Source: the human T2T-CHM13v2.0 reference genome, Homo sapiens
DNA: 64,000 bases
Assembly (NCBI RefSeq): GCF_009914755.1
Contig: NC_060948.1
Reading direction: 5' to 3' (one strand)
The notes below the pieces were generated by a model that searched no databases, was not told where the DNA came from, and saw nothing but the letters and a program-made list of their open reading frames with translations. Positions 14,671 to 28,893 of the stretch are shown piece after piece. Position 1 is the first letter of the stretch, and each line of letters opens with the position of its first letter. The position numbers and the translations under genes are program-made.

Positions 14671-15040
14671 GCAATTGGAATGAATGCCTGTGCCCACTCA
14701 AAAATTCCTATTTTGAAATCTTCACCTCCAAAGTGATGGTGTTAAGAGGTGGGGCCTTTGGGAGGTGAGGAGGTCATGAGGGTGGAGTCCTCATGGATGG
14801 GATTAGTGTCCTAATGAAAGGGAGCCCAGTGAGCTCCCTCACCCCTTCCACTATGTGAGGATACACAGAGAACTTCAGTGCTGTCTCTCAACCAGGAAGG
14901 AGAACTTCACCAGACACAAAAATATGCCACACTTTGATTTTGGACTGCCAACCTTTAGAATAATTAGCAATAAATGCCCATTGTTTGTAAACTGCTTAGT
15001 CTATAAAACTTAGATATAGCATCATGAATGTACTGCAACA
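14671..15040 (+). mobile_element. MLT1A-like MaLR LTR
   Basis: gaggtggggcctttgggaggtga..ggtcatgagggtggag.cctcatg.atgggattagtg. Confidence 0.88.
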
Positions 15041-15464
15041 TTTCAGCTTTCTGTTGTCACTATTCAAGTCACTTTTAATTCGTGTTTCTGTTGCTTGAAA
15101 CCAAAACAAACATCACTCAGGTATTGACATCACTCATCTTTTCTCAGGGTTCAAGCAGCCAAAAATGGAAGACAAGATAGCAGCTGAGGGTAGACATACA
15201 TCTGGACTGGAGCATGGATACCTGCCAATCATCTAAATCATACTGTAGGGCCCATTTCACTTTTCCTAAGGTCCTAAAATTATGGAGCTACTAAAATATT
15301 AAGGAAAAGATACCTAAAACTATGAGACATTTAAATAAGGCATAAAATCATGATGCTCCTATAATCTTTAGGAAAGAGCAGTCAGAAATGAGTAGCATTT
15401 AAAATTGCTTCTTTATATCATTTCCATTTCTTTTTAAAAAAGATTATACTTTTGCTCAATACTA

Positions 15465-15746
<282 letters not shown>

Positions 15747-15769
15747 AGGTAGGTAGGTAGGTAGGTAGG

Positions 15770-15818
<49 letters not shown>
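15747..15818 (+). repeat. Compound STR (AGGT)6(AGAT)12
   Basis: Counted directly. Confidence 0.97.
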
Positions 15819-15819
<1 letters not shown>

Positions 15820-16020
15820 TGCTGCAGGTATGTTTTTATACCTTCATTTGAGAGAAATAGGACTTTAAAAACAATACAAATTATAAGTCAAATGCAGATT
15901 CACATATCATTCATCAATACATATGGCTTTCCTAGAATTTTCCTGTATTTTAGATACTCTACCTGGTTAAATGTTGCTCCCCTACAAGTAGAAAAATAAT
16001 GTCTAGTTGTTACTTTAAAA

Positions 16021-16330
16021 GTCCTGGCAGCCAGATCAGGTGGCACAGGGCTAGAACGCCATCTACTTGGAAGCTGAGACTGAAGGATCACTTGAGGTCA
16101 GGTATTTGGAACCAGCCTGGGCAACAGAGCAAGACTGTCTCTAAAAAAATAAAAAGTTAGGCAGGCCTGGTGGCATGATTTTCTAGTCTTAGCTACTCAG
16201 GAGGCTAAGGCAGGATGATAGGTTGAGCCCAGCAGATGGAGGCTGCAGTGAGCTGTCATTGCACCACTGCACTCCTGCCTGGGCAGCACAGCAAGACCAT
16301 GTCCCTGAAAACAATAAATAAATAACCAAG
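16021..16330 (+). mobile_element. AluJ
   Basis: Diverged Alu dimer. Confidence 0.88.
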
Positions 16331-16870
16331 AACAAGTAACTTACACAGATTAAATTCTAATAGCTTTAAGGAGTTAATTTTGTTTATAATAGTTAATTAA
16401 TTAGTTGCATATCTAAATTTAAATTATATTTATATAGCCTATACTAAGTAAGATATAGTAACACTGTTAATCACAGGCACATTTTATAAGACAATTATAG
16501 ATAATCTGTTCATAATATCTGCAATATCCCTGTCTTCTCTAGAAAGCTTCTTTCAAATATCTCATGGTGTTTTCTTGGGTGAATTATCTTCATGTCCTTC
16601 TAACTTGTTTGACTTTAGTCACTTTATTAATTGGTGCCTAATATTGTCACCCGAAATGACAAATGACTATTCACATAGGATTAGCGTGATAATCTTCTCC
16701 ATTCATCCTGCAGGTATGTAGTGATGAGTTTTTTCACCATCAGCTTGATCTCTAAAGACTTGCCAACAAAGACTTCTCACTTAGATTTAAGTCTTACTCC
16801 CAGCAATTAATGCTGAATCTACATTCAATGTTTTGCTTCCTTTTCTTTGAACATTCCTCTTTCCTAATAA

Positions 16871-17122
<252 letters not shown>

Positions 17123-17429
17123 GGAAAGTGAACTGTATCTCATTTGACAAATCCCCACACACAAAGGCAAGCAGTTCACTGATATACATACTACCTGGAA
17201 ATTAAAAGTTTTGCATTCATTTCCATGCCTTTGACCAGTAATGGATGTCTTGGGTTTACCTAGATGCAATAGAGGAAAATGCAGTCTTAAGATTTGGGGC
17301 CATGTGCCCAGAAAAAAAGAAAAAAGAGAGAGAAAGAGAAAAATAGTGGATGCTATAGAACAATTAACGTTATTTGACATCATGACATGAGTATAATTAG
17401 AGATAAAAATACTTTGAACAGATTTCTAC

Positions 17430-17558
17430 TGCATATGTATTTAGGATAGTTAGCTCTTCTTTTTGCATGGATCTCTTTACCATTATGAAATCCCTTTCTT
17501 TGTCTCTTGATCCTTGTTGGTTTAAAATTTATCAGGGACTAGTACTGCAAACCTTGCT
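17430..17558 (-). mobile_element. L1 ORF2 endonuclease fragment (3' part of the 5'-inverted L1)
   Basis: gcatatgtatttaggatagttagctcttc...ttatcagggactag..tgcaa.ccttgct; homologous to ~36946-37082. Confidence 0.85.
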
Positions 17559-19456
17559 CAGCAAAGCCACTGTAGCCAGACTGCCTCTTTAGATTCCTCC
17601 TCTCTTGGAAGGGGATCTCTGAAAAAAGGCAGCAGCCCCAGTCAGAAGCTTATACTTAAAACCTCCATCTCCCTGGAACAGAGCACTTGGGGGAAGGGGC
17701 AGATGTGGGTACAGCTTCAGCAGACTGAAATACCACTGCCTGTTGGCTCTGAAGAGAGCAGTAGATCTCCCAGCACAGTGCTCACACTCCACTAAGGGAC
17801 AGACTCCCCCTCTCAAGTGGACCACTGACCCCTGTGCCTCCTGACTAGGAGACACCTCCCAGCAGGGGTCAACAGACACCTCATATAGGAGAGCTCCAGT
17901 TGGCATCTGGCAGGTACCCCTCAGGGATGAATCTTCCAAGGAAGAAACAGACAGCAATCTTTTCTGTTCTGTAGCCTCCACTGGTGATACCCAGGGAAAC
18001 AGGGTCTGGAATGGACCTCCAGCAAACTCAAGCACACTTGTAGCAGAGGGGCCTGACCTTCAGAAGGAAAACTAATAAACAGAAAGGAATAGCATCAACA
18101 TCAACAAAATGATGTCCACACAGAAACCACATTCGAAGGTCACCAACACCAAAGATCAAAGTTAGATAACTCCAGGAAGATGAGGAAAAACCAGCACAAA
18201 AATTTGATGATTCCAAAAACCCAACTGTCTTTTCTCCTTCAAAGGATCACAACTCCTCATTCACAAGGGAACAAAACTGGATACAGAAGGGATTTGACAA
18301 ATTGACAGAAGTAGGCTTCAGAAGGCGTGTAATAACAAACTCTTCTGAGCTAAAGGAGCACATTCTAACCCAATAGAAGGAGTCTAAGAACCTTGAAAAA
18401 AGGTTAGAGGAATTGCTAATAGAATAACCAGTTTAGAGAAGAACATAAATGACCTGATGGAGCTGAAAAATACAGCACAAAAACTTTCTGAAGCATACAC
18501 AAGTATCAATAGCTACATCAATCAATGGGAAGAATGCATATCAGAGATTGAAGATCAAGTTAATAAAAAAAAGCATGAAGACAAGATTAGAGAAAAAAGA
18601 ATGAAAAAGAATGAATGAAGCCTCCAAGAAATATGGAACTATGTGAAATAACCAAACACATGTTTGATTGCTGTACGGGAAAGTGACAGAGAGAATGGAA
18701 CCAAGTTTGAAAACACTCTTCAGGATATTATCCAAGAGCACTACCCCACCCTAGCAAGACAGGCCAAGATTCAAATTCAGGAAATACAGAGAACACCACA
18801 AAGATACTCCTGGAGAATAGCAATCCCAAGAAACAAAATTGTCAAACTCACCAAGATTGAAATGAAAGAAAAAATGTTAAGGGCAGCCAGAGAGAAAGGT
18901 CATGTTACCCTCAAAGGGAAGCCCATCAGACTAACAGCGGATCTTTCTGCAGAAACCCTGCAAGCCAGAAGAGAATGTGGGCCAATATTCAACATTCTTA
19001 AAGAAAAGAATTTTCAACCCAGAATTTTATGTCCCGCCAAACTAAGCTTCATAAGCTAAGGAGAAATAAAATCCTTGACAGACAAGCAAACGCTGAGAGA
19101 TTTTGTCACCACCAGGCATGCCTTACAAGAGATCCTCAAATAAGCACTAAATACGGAAAGGAACAACTGGTACCAGCCACTGCAAAACATACCAAATTGT
19201 AAAGACCATTGAAACTATGAAGGAACTGCATGAACTAACAGGAAAAATAAGCAGCTAGCATCATAATGACAGGATCAAATTCACACATAACAATATTAAC
19301 CTTAAGTGTAAATGGGCTAAGTGCCCCAATTAAAAGACACAGAATGGCAAATTGGATAGAGTCAAGACTCATCAGTGTGCTGTATTCAGGAGACCCATCT
19401 CACATAAAAAGACACACATGGGCTCAAAATAAAGGGATGGAGGAATATTTACCAAG
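17556..19456 (+). mobile_element. L1PA7/8-like LINE-1 segment: partial 5'UTR, disrupted ORF1 (18180-19202), start of ORF2 (19266)
   Basis: ORF-track peptides LARQAKIQIQEIQRTPQRY..KEKMLRAAREKG (ORF1p) and [13 protein letters not shown] (ORF2p N-terminus); stops and frameshifts. Confidence 0.93.
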
Positions 19457-20410
19457 GCCAAACTTTGAAATCTCCAAGAAGAAAGAAGTTGAAGGAGGAC
19501 TATTTGAAGTTGAGAAGAACCTTAGAGTTGGTTTAAAGGGTTTGGAGCCGCAGGCACTGAGCTCAGAAAACAAAATAGAATCATTACCTCTTAACACAAT
19601 ATATTTGACTCAAGTGTACATAACCCTTTTTTGCATTCCTTCTTTTCATACATTTTAAAGACCTTGAGCACAAAACAGTTGCAACCTGCTGAGAATCTTT
19701 AAACAGCCTCATTCTCAGAGATGAGAACCTCTGTAGGTAAGGAAGAAGAGCTATCAAATATGTCCTCAACGTTTTCTGAAGATGTCAGGAACATAAGCAC
19801 AAAGGCTTTGGTGGAAGTAATACTCCTGCTTTCAAGTTCACCCACAGATGAGCCAAATATTTCTGTCTTGGTGATCAAACTTATTTAAGTGTGTGTACAG
19901 TCATCAGCCTCCCTCCTGCCCCATTCCACTGAAAAATTCTTTAATAAGACTCCCTGTTTTGTCCATAAAAAAAGACAAAATTTCTGCATATGTACTACCT
20001 AAATGAACCAGACTTTGTAGCTTGAAAATATTTTGATTTTTTAACTATCTTCAAAATTATTTTATCTGCTCCCAATCCAAAAAATCTGCAACTAATTAAA
20101 ACACATAATAACACTTCCAAGGTCTTTGAGTAATAATAACTATTCTTGAATCAAGTTGGAATTCAACTTTCTTTCTACTACATTTTCAACAAAATCTGAA
20201 TATGTTAGTTTAAGAATGGAACAAATGATAAGTCTGTTATTACCATTTACTTCACCCAGTACTTTCATTTCACTGTAAGCAGCTGTTCATTTTTCTGTAT
20301 CTTCATAAATATTAGCCCTGAGACTTTGCATTTTGAGGGACTGGGGATTCCTCATAACATTTTTAGCATGTGAAACATTAATGAAAGCAAAGCCACATTT
20401 AGGATTGTAG

Positions 20411-21131
20411 TGAGAGAAAAGAGAGAAAGGAACCAGTTAGGCAGATAGCTAGGACAAGTCCTTGATAGAATTTCTTTCTTCCTGACAAAGTGACAGCCTA
20501 AAAGATCAGATTGCAGCCTAGTTAAGGAGGCAAAGTCCACTACAAAGAGGCCTTCCTGTGTAACTAGCAAGGGTCATGTATACACAGTAGGCATCAGTGA
20601 GCACATTGCTTTTCTTTTTTGGACATACTTAGTTAAGGAAATATGCACAGGAAAGGACAGAGTTGGGGACTGCTTGAAACTTGCCTAAGAAAAGTAAAGC
20701 AAAACTCAGCATATCTGCAATGGAAAATTTCACCGACTTACACATGTGCAGTAAAGGAAGTTAAACAGCATGGGGTAACTTAGGCTAAGGGTCCACATGA
20801 GCATTAAAAGGACAATGAGGAGCTGTTAGGAATTTGCACCTTATTCAAATGAAACATCTAGTCCTAATTGGTTATTTGAACCTCATGTAAATGAAATACC
20901 TTGCCCTGTGAGCCTATTTATAAAAGTCCTTGTATTTGACTGTAGAACAGCAACCCTCCTTTGCAATTCTTCTCTGTTACAGAAAGTTTTCTCTTTTTGC
21001 TCATTAAACTTTCACTCTAACCTCACCATTTTGTCCATGCTCCTTATATATCTTGGTGTTGAGGCAAGGAACTCTGGGTTCTACTTCAAAGAAGAAAATC
21101 AAAAAAATGGTGCATTGGCAAACCTGCTACA
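20411..21131 (+). mobile_element. ERV1 solo LTR (LTR9/MER61-group, tentative)
   Basis: TG..CA ends; TATA-like tatttataaaa; attaaa signal; 4-bp TSD gtag/atag. Confidence 0.7.
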
Positions 21132-22022
21132 ATAGTTTTAACAAAAAGAAATAAGAGGAGTTAGTGAATTTCAAGGTGCTTACAGAAAATTGAAGAGTGA
21201 TTTCTACCACAATTGTCCACATATAAGTGCAATATTATGCTGGCATATGGTGAAACTTGTGAAAAATCATTATTTGATACTAAAAGAAGATAAGATGGAG
21301 AGTTATCCAAACCAATGACCCATTCTTCAGAACTATATGTATTAGGGCAATATTTGAATTTTGTATTTATTTACAGTGCTCTGGAATGATTTTCTTGCTA
21401 GTTATCTTAGTTCTATACTTAATTTTTTAAAAAGCTTTTCACTAGCATTATTTATAATATAAATATGCTGACATAGCATCCCAACTCTGCATTTCTCAGT
21501 GCATACAGAAAATTATTTTATTTGAAAAGCTACAATTTATGCTTTGTCTTTTCTTTTCTCACATTGTATTACTTTGTCAAATTTCAAAGGTGGGGTCTTG
21601 TCTCACCTTTGAATATACCAACGTATATCATGATATATTATTGTCCAGAAATTAGTAGATGCTCAAGAGATCATTGCAAAATAGTTCCATACTGGAACAG
21701 ACTTGGAAAAACTTGTTTCATTTGACTTCCCAGGCATTTAACAAATAATTATGCAGCACTTTCTAAGAGCATTCCATTAATGCAGGATACTACAGTGAGC
21801 ATTTAAAAAGAATCTTTTCTTTTTCTGAGTTTACATTTCAAGTCAGCATAGGCAGAGGACATTATTCCTAGTTGAGGATGTGCCTTCTGATGATCTTTTA
21901 TTTTATTTTTTCATACTGAGGCATCATCATCTTATTGTCGTATAATTCTATTCATTTTTCTTACTCTGTGGCATCTTTCTTTGCTCTTTGCTTTTGACCC
22001 ACACCTACACTACTGGCCATCT

Positions 22023-22755
22023 TGTAACCACCCAATGGATTCACCTTGCCTGCTTCCTAGGCAGAGCCAATTTATCAAACCAGGGGAATTGCAATTGAGA
22101 AAGAGTAATTCACACAGACCTGGCTGTGTGGGAGACAGAAGTTTTATAATCACTCATATGAGTCTCACATAGCATTCAGGTATCAGAGTTTTTAAGGATA
22201 ACTTAGTGGTTATGGTATTGGGATGTGGGGAGAATGCTGATTAGTCAGGTTGGAGATAGAATTAAAGGGGGTCAAAGTGAAATTTTCTTGCTGTCTTCTG
22301 TTTCTGGGTGGGATCACAGAACTGGTTAAGTGACATTACTTATATGGGTGTTGTCAGCCGATCCTTTGAGTGCAGGGTCTGCAAAATATCCCAAGCATTG
22401 GTTTTAGGTTTTACAACAGTGCTGTTATCCCCAGGAGTGATTTGGGGAGATTCAGACTCTTGCATCCAGAGGCCACGTGGCCCCTAACTGTAATTTCTAA
22501 TCTTGTAGCTAATTTGTTAATTATGCTAAGGCAGACTTGTCCCCAGGCAAGAAAGGGGTCTTTTCAGGAAATGGCTATTATCAATTTTGTTTCAGAGTCA
22601 AAAAATAAACTAAATTCCTCCCCAAGGTTAGTTTGGCCTATGCCAAGGAATGAATGAGGACAGGTTAAATGTTAGAAGTAAGAAGGAGTCAGTTAGGTCT
22701 TATCTCTTTCACTGTTGTAATTTCCTAAGCTATAATTTTTGCAAAGTTGTTTTCA
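22023..22755 (-). mobile_element. LTR8-family solo LTR
   Basis: tgtaaccacccaatgg.ttcaccttgcc...tttttgcaaag.tg.tttca; TSD atct/atgt. Confidence 0.88.
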
Positions 22756-23304
22756 ATGTCTTCTACACTCTCTCTGCTTCTCCTCTGTATTCCCCTGGTG
22801 CTGACCTCAAAGGCCCTGGATTCCCAAACTATCTTATACCAGTGGTGTCTCAACCCTTAGGAGCTGCATGAATTTCAGCTCCCTTTATTCCTAACCACAT
22901 TACCCCTATGCCTACTGGACTGCATCTCAAAATCACCATACATAGATTTTCAGAAATCTGCAGCCCTTCAAACAAGCTCCTTTGTCTTATTTCTTCTCCT
23001 GCCAATGAAAAACCACTAGACTTATTGTTGCTCCTGCTATCTGCCTAATTTTGTGCACCCAATGATTTGGTAAATCTGCCAAGCCTCTGTCATTAACTTG
23101 TGTCCCATTTTCCCATTTTCTCCTTATCATCAACCATACATGTTGTTAAAAGCTTCATCATGACTTGACTATAGTAAAAATTGTAGTCAACTAATATATC
23201 TCTTTATGTCAGTGGCACAGCTTGTTAATCTAAACCTGATAGTGCCTGCCAAGTACACAAGCTCATACCTTAGCTAAATATGGCCAACTTTCAATAAGTG
23301 GCAA

Positions 23305-24035
23305 TGATATGGACAGGAGGCAGGGAAATACTGTGTAGAAGTAGGCAGTTCCCCGCCAAAGGCCCACCCACGAATGGGCCCACAGCCCTAAATGAGACCT
23401 TTAGATCCTGTTTTCCTGCCTGAATGTTCCTTTTTCCAAAACCACACTGGCCCACCATGCCTCCCATTCTGTACCCATAAAAACCTCAAGCTGCACTGGC
23501 AGAGCAGCAGAGTGATGTGGCAGAGAAGGAGGAAAGAGAAGAAACAGCTGAATGTTAAGAGGTGTTCAGCTCGGGATGGTCAGAAAGGAGTTCTGCCTGA
23601 GATGGCTGAACTCCAGGTGAAGATTCTTTTCCCACTCCATCCCCTTTCCAGCTCCCCATCCCACTGACAGCCACCTCCATCACTCAATAAAACTTCTGAA
23701 TTCATCATGTTTCAAGGCCATGTGACGTGATTCTTCCTGGATTCTGGAAAAGGACCCAGGTACCAAGAGGGTAAGATTTAAAAGGCTGTCATCCTGACTC
23801 TCCACTGCACTGGTTTAACATTTAACCATCTGTGGGCAGCAACTGCTAAAAGAGCATTAATTGTAACATACCCATGGACACTGCTGTGGGGCCACAGCTC
23901 AAAAACACTGCCCCAGCCCAGACACTGGCTTTCCTGCATGCTCTGTTACAAGGGGTTTGAGCACTGCAGCAAAGTAAGCGATTCACACTCTTGTCACAAG
24001 TCCCGTGAAGGAGTCCATGGAACTCTCCCATTTCA
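23305..24035 (+). mobile_element. ERV1 solo LTR (LTR1/LTR27/LTR28 group)
   Basis: tgatatggacaggaggcagggaaatactg...aactctcccatttca; AATAAA at ~23686; perfect 4-bp TSD GCAA. Confidence 0.88.
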
Positions 24036-25419
24036 GCAATATTTGTTAGCAAGACATCATGTATTTGCTCATGTACTTCTTTATAAACTAAGCTTTGTGT
24101 ATGACAGCTGGTCCAACATACGGAACAATGACAGTTGGACAGAATTAGTGAGCACCAGATACAGTTTGGTGTTTTCGTCTGTGATGACCATTATCTTAGT
24201 AATAGTTGGGGACAAAATCAAATATTTTGAAACATATTCTATGTAGGGGTTTTTAAAATAATTTTAAATAATACTAATGTGTAAGAACAGTGACCAAACA
24301 TATTTATTTAGAAGCACCAAACTACTTTGTGTCTCTTGTTCATTATCTAATTCTGTGGAAGGAATCTGTTATCAGTCATGGTTAAACACCTCCCTGAGTA
24401 GGGTACTTCAATGTATTTATATTAATAAAACAACCTGCAGCTACTACCTCTCATTGGGTGTCATAGACATTTATGTAAAAAAGGTGATTTAAGGTAGTTT
24501 GCAAATACATTGTTTGCTGACTGAATGTATTCTTCATTTACCTCTATAAGCAAAACATGTAAAATCCATGTGGTTAACATCCTAAGAAATAGAGCTCTTA
24601 CCCAAACTTCATGGATACTGTGAAGGTTAAAGATAACTTCTCTAATGTTTAGCACAGTGACTTGTACACAGTACGTTCTTAATAAGTTACAATACCTTTA
24701 TACAAATTTTATTCAGAGTTAGATCCTGGCTGTATTTTTCTTCATGGATTCTATTCTCCAAGAAGGAGTATTTCATCTCAGGTGTAACTCAGAATGATGT
24801 GCTTTGAGTATTATATGTGAATACTTTAAGAAATTCATATGATATTATTTAATTATTCATCTAAAATCTATCCTCATAATCTTGAAGGTAAAGACTTAAT
24901 TGTTAAAAAGAAAAATATCAGAAGAATAATTTCAGTTGCATGCCACAGACATGAAATTTCAAGAATCTTCAGGTTACATTTTGAGTTGAGTTGAATATTT
25001 TATGCTGTGGTTATTCTTAAGGTCATTTTAATCACAGTAAAGTTTGACTTGGTAATGTTTCACAGTAAAACCATTGATATTACAAATGGGAAAATGTTTC
25101 TATGAAGGCCAATAACAAAACACAATGTCTGCTTAAAGCAAGGGTGGCCAGTGGGAGAGTTACTAAATGTGGTAGTAAAATGATTGAAGTATAGAATAAT
25201 TCATTTAACCTTGATAGTTCAAAAGATAAGAGGTAGGGAACATTTTAATTTTATGCTATTATGTGTGTGGTAACAGATGAGCTTCAAAATTTAACTTGAA
25301 ATGTACTTTCTTATTCATACTTACCTGAGCTAAGGAAATGGGAAGTGAAGATGACTCACATTCCAAAAACGCTGTAAATTTCCCTTTAAGGCTGGAACAT
25401 CTAAGTATTTGAAAGTCTA

Positions 25420-25628
25420 CACAGGAAGGGGAACATCACACTCTGGGGACTGTGGTGGGGTGGGGGGAGGGGGGAGGGATAGCTTTAAGAGTTATACCTA
25501 ATGCTAAATGACGAGTTAATGGGTGCAGCACACCAGCATGGCATACGTATACATATGTAACTAACCTGCACATTGTGCACATGTACCCTAAAACTTAAAG
25601 TATAATAATAATAATAATAATAATAATG
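25420..25628 (+). mobile_element. 5'-truncated L1PA3/4 3' end with (TAA)n tail
   Basis: G-rich tract, gctaaatgacgagttaatggg, aaacttaaagtataata; TSD aagtcta. Confidence 0.93.
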
Positions 25629-26548
25629 AAGTCTAAAGCCTATAAAGAAAGCTAGAGGAGCAAACTCATATTTACTTTGCTATCCTTTCTGAAATCCATA
25701 ACAATAAAAATCATAAAAGAAAAAATATAACTCCATCTAAAATGGAATTCAGAATTGGCCAAGAGCCCAAAGCCCAGGTTGTGAAGTAAATCTGTATGGT
25801 AGCAAGATTTGGACAAAATCAGAGTACGAAGAACGCAATTCTCTCATTATTTTCTGGGGCTGAAAATATATTCCTAATTAAATAAGTCAAAAAAAACCTC
25901 CCCATAGGATTTTACCTCAAAAGATGAGGATTCTGGGTAAAAAAGCCTATGGGAGAAGAGAAAACTGCATAAATAACCTAATTTAGCCATTACATTCTCA
26001 TTCTTTTCCTTCCTTACTTTCCCCTACATCTTTCAATTCCTTTTATTTTTTAAGCAATTATTTACTATGTGTAAGGCTCTGAGTTAACCAACTCTAGGAT
26101 ATCAGATAGATTGATCTTCAACAGAATATGTCAAAGTTTATGCTAGATGTTCCTAAGCTTCAGTATCACATGAAGGGGTCCAGTTTTTCACCCAGTTACC
26201 ACAAATCAAAGCAAACTCGTCATACTCCATGGTCAGTTTTTCAGCCATTCCTGTTAGGTCTACCACCAAAATACTTCCTCTCTCACTTCTCTATGGCTAC
26301 CTCTGTTCTCGACACAGCCAAAGCACTACTGTGTTTCATTTGAATATGAAAAAGAACTCCTAAGCAGTTTGCTTGCACTCAGGAAAGCACCCCCACATCT
26401 TTTATTTTCACCCCTCCAATGACTATAGTCACACCCAGATGAAACTCTGATTCCTTAGCCAGACCTGCAAAAACCCAGCTTACTCAGGACCTCCATATCT
26501 CTCTGTCCTCTTCTTGTATGCCAATCTTCAAATGCTTCAATCTACATT

Positions 26549-26899
26549 TGTAGTATTCCATTTTCACACTGCTAATAAAGACATAACCAAGACTAGGTAA
26601 TGTATAGAGACAAAGAGGTTTAGCGGACTCACAGTTCTGCATGGCTGAGGAGGGCTCACAATCATGGTGGAAGGCAAAGGAGGAGCAAACAGATGTCTTA
26701 CATAGCACCAGGTAAGAGACAGTGTGCAGGTGAGCTGCCCTTTATAAAACTATCAGATCTAATGAGATTTATTCACTATCACAGAAAGAGCATGGGAAAG
26801 AGCCACCCCCATGATTCAATTACTTCCCACAACATGTGAGGGTTATGGGAACTACAATTCAAGATAAAATTTGGATGGGGACACAGCAAAACTGTATCA
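26549..26899 (-). mobile_element. THE1 solo LTR
   Basis: ttttcacactgctaataaagacata...ggggacacagc.aaac..tatca. Confidence 0.9.
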
Positions 26900-27399
26900 G
26901 CCCTGTCAACCAATTCTGCTTACCAGCTGTGGGCAGCTGTGTCTCTAGTTTCTCATCTAGTTGCTAAGTTGCCCCATAGATATTTGACCCTGGGACTCAG
27001 GTGAGAGGTCAATGTTGAAGTCATCAAAAGGAGAGTCACTGGTGTATTATAAATTTGAATGCGACACTGACAGATCACCAGAGGTAAGGAAGAAAGGCAA
27101 AGAAAAAGAAGTCCTTCAAGAAGGAGGAAATAATCTATATCTGATGATGCTAATCAAAATGATAATAGTAAATTATGATAGTATTCAGTAGAACACTATG
27201 CACATGATTCATCTGTACAACAAAATTGAATGAATGCATTATCTTTATTTCACCCATGAGAAATTATTAATAACTACAGATACAGAGTAGTTAAGGCAAA
27301 ATGACACAGATGGTAAATGGCTGAGTTGTACTTTAATCCAAAACAGTTTCAATGGTATAGCCCTTTCCTGCTCTGCCATAATGTCTCTCAAATGTTGCT

Positions 27400-27834
27400 C
27401 CTGCAGGCTGAATTGCTTCTTCGTGGGGCCATAGGAGAGCAGGGTCGGCAGGTCCAGGTGGAGCCATTTGCATCACAAATGAAAAACCTGGAGAGATATC
27501 TCTCAAAAGACCAATCTACACTAGTGTTATTTGAAGCAGTAATTGAGGAAGTTGCATATCTTACAACCTCCAGAACAATGGTCTGCACCTCAGCAGGATT
27601 CAAGCTCCTGTCATCTTCCCAGCCTGATGGCTTCCCAATAGCTTTACAAAAGTGACTGAGTCTTAGTCAAGGCCTACTGTCATTTAAACAAAAGCCTAAA
27701 TGTCTTCCAAAGTCAGCTGCACTCACAAATGCAGGAATATTTAAGGGAAAAGCAAGATAGTGGGGTGAGTTAGCTTGGATCTCTTTCATTGTCATAATTT
27801 TCTCACTGATTAAATTTTTGTAAAAGTGGTTTCA
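27400..27834 (-). mobile_element. ERV1 LTR fragment (LTR8/LTR19-group, related to 54838-55834)
   Basis: Ends cataattttctcactgat..atttttgtaaaagtggtttca. Confidence 0.65.
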
Positions 27835-28304
27835 CGAACTGGCATGGGCTTTGGGCAGAGGGACATAACTGAAGAATAGAACAAGGGGGTGGAATGGATT
27901 TTAAAAATTAATTACGAAGCTGAACCAGGAAAGAAAAATTGAGTAAACAGGAAAATGAGGTAATTCAGGGATAAGTCATAATGAAAAGTTGAGATTATTG
28001 AATTGGAAGCCCTGATAGCATCAGCAGTGTTAGCTGGATGGGTTCTTATCCATCCAGTGATATTCAGAAATGCAGATGCATGAACTGGTAATTAAAAACA
28101 ACAACAACAATATTTTGTCTGTATTATTAATTCCTAATGCCCATGTTAAAGTAATAAGAGTAAGAAGTTCTCGTGTGTAAGAAAAAACATCTTAGAAGTT
28201 TGGAAGTTCAAAGAATTGAGAAGTCAGATTAGTAGGTGATTACGTATGTGGAGATTACAATCATTACAAAAGACTGCAAGGAAAAAAGGCCAAAAGAAAC
28301 AGAG

Positions 28305-28640
28305 TAAGCTTGTTTAGGATACTGTAACAAAAGACCATGGACTAGGTAACTTACAAATGACAGATATTTATTTCTCTCAGTCTGGAAACTAGAAGTCCAA
28401 GATCAGACTTGGTAGATTCAATGTCTGTGAGATCCCAATTCCTTGTTCACAAACAGCACCTTCTCACTGTGTCTTCATATTGTGGAAGTGGGCAATGGAG
28501 TTCTCTGGGGTTTCTTTTATAAGGGCACTAATCTGATTCATGAGACTTTACCTTCATGACCTCCCAAAGGCCCCACCACTACTATATTCTTACAGGTGAG
28601 TATTTAAAATTATAAGTTTTGTGGTGACAGCAACATGCTA
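28305..28640 (-). mobile_element. MLT1A-like LTR
   Basis: atttatttctctcagtctggaaactagaagtccaagatc...tataagggcactaatc..attcatgag. Confidence 0.8.
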
Positions 28641-28679
28641 AAAATCTTCAGTGAATGAGAAAAGGCCAAATGATTGCAA

Positions 28680-28893
28680 TTTTTTTTTTTTAAGATGGAG
28701 TCTTGCTCTGTTGCCCAGTCTGGGGCATAGTGGCTCAAACTTGGCTCAGTGAAACCTCTGCCTCCCAGGTTCAAGTGATTCTTCTACCTCAGCCTCCCTG
28801 ATAGCTGGGACTACCGGTGCCTGCCACAATGCATGGCTAATTTTTGTATTTTGAGAAGAGGTGGGGTTTCACCATCTTGACCAGGCAGGTATG
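28680..28893 (-). mobile_element. 5'-truncated AluS
   Basis: Poly-T, right arm, part of the left arm. Confidence 0.9.

Noticed and set aside
19266-19658. 130-aa chimeric ORF (L1 ORF2 start fused to flanking DNA)
   Set aside because: It frameshifts out of ORF2 after ~33 codons and runs into flanking DNA by chance; the L1 promoter 5' end is missing.
27317-27655. 112-aa ORF and its antisense partner
   Set aside because: Spans MIR-like and LTR-derived sequence; no family similarity recognised.
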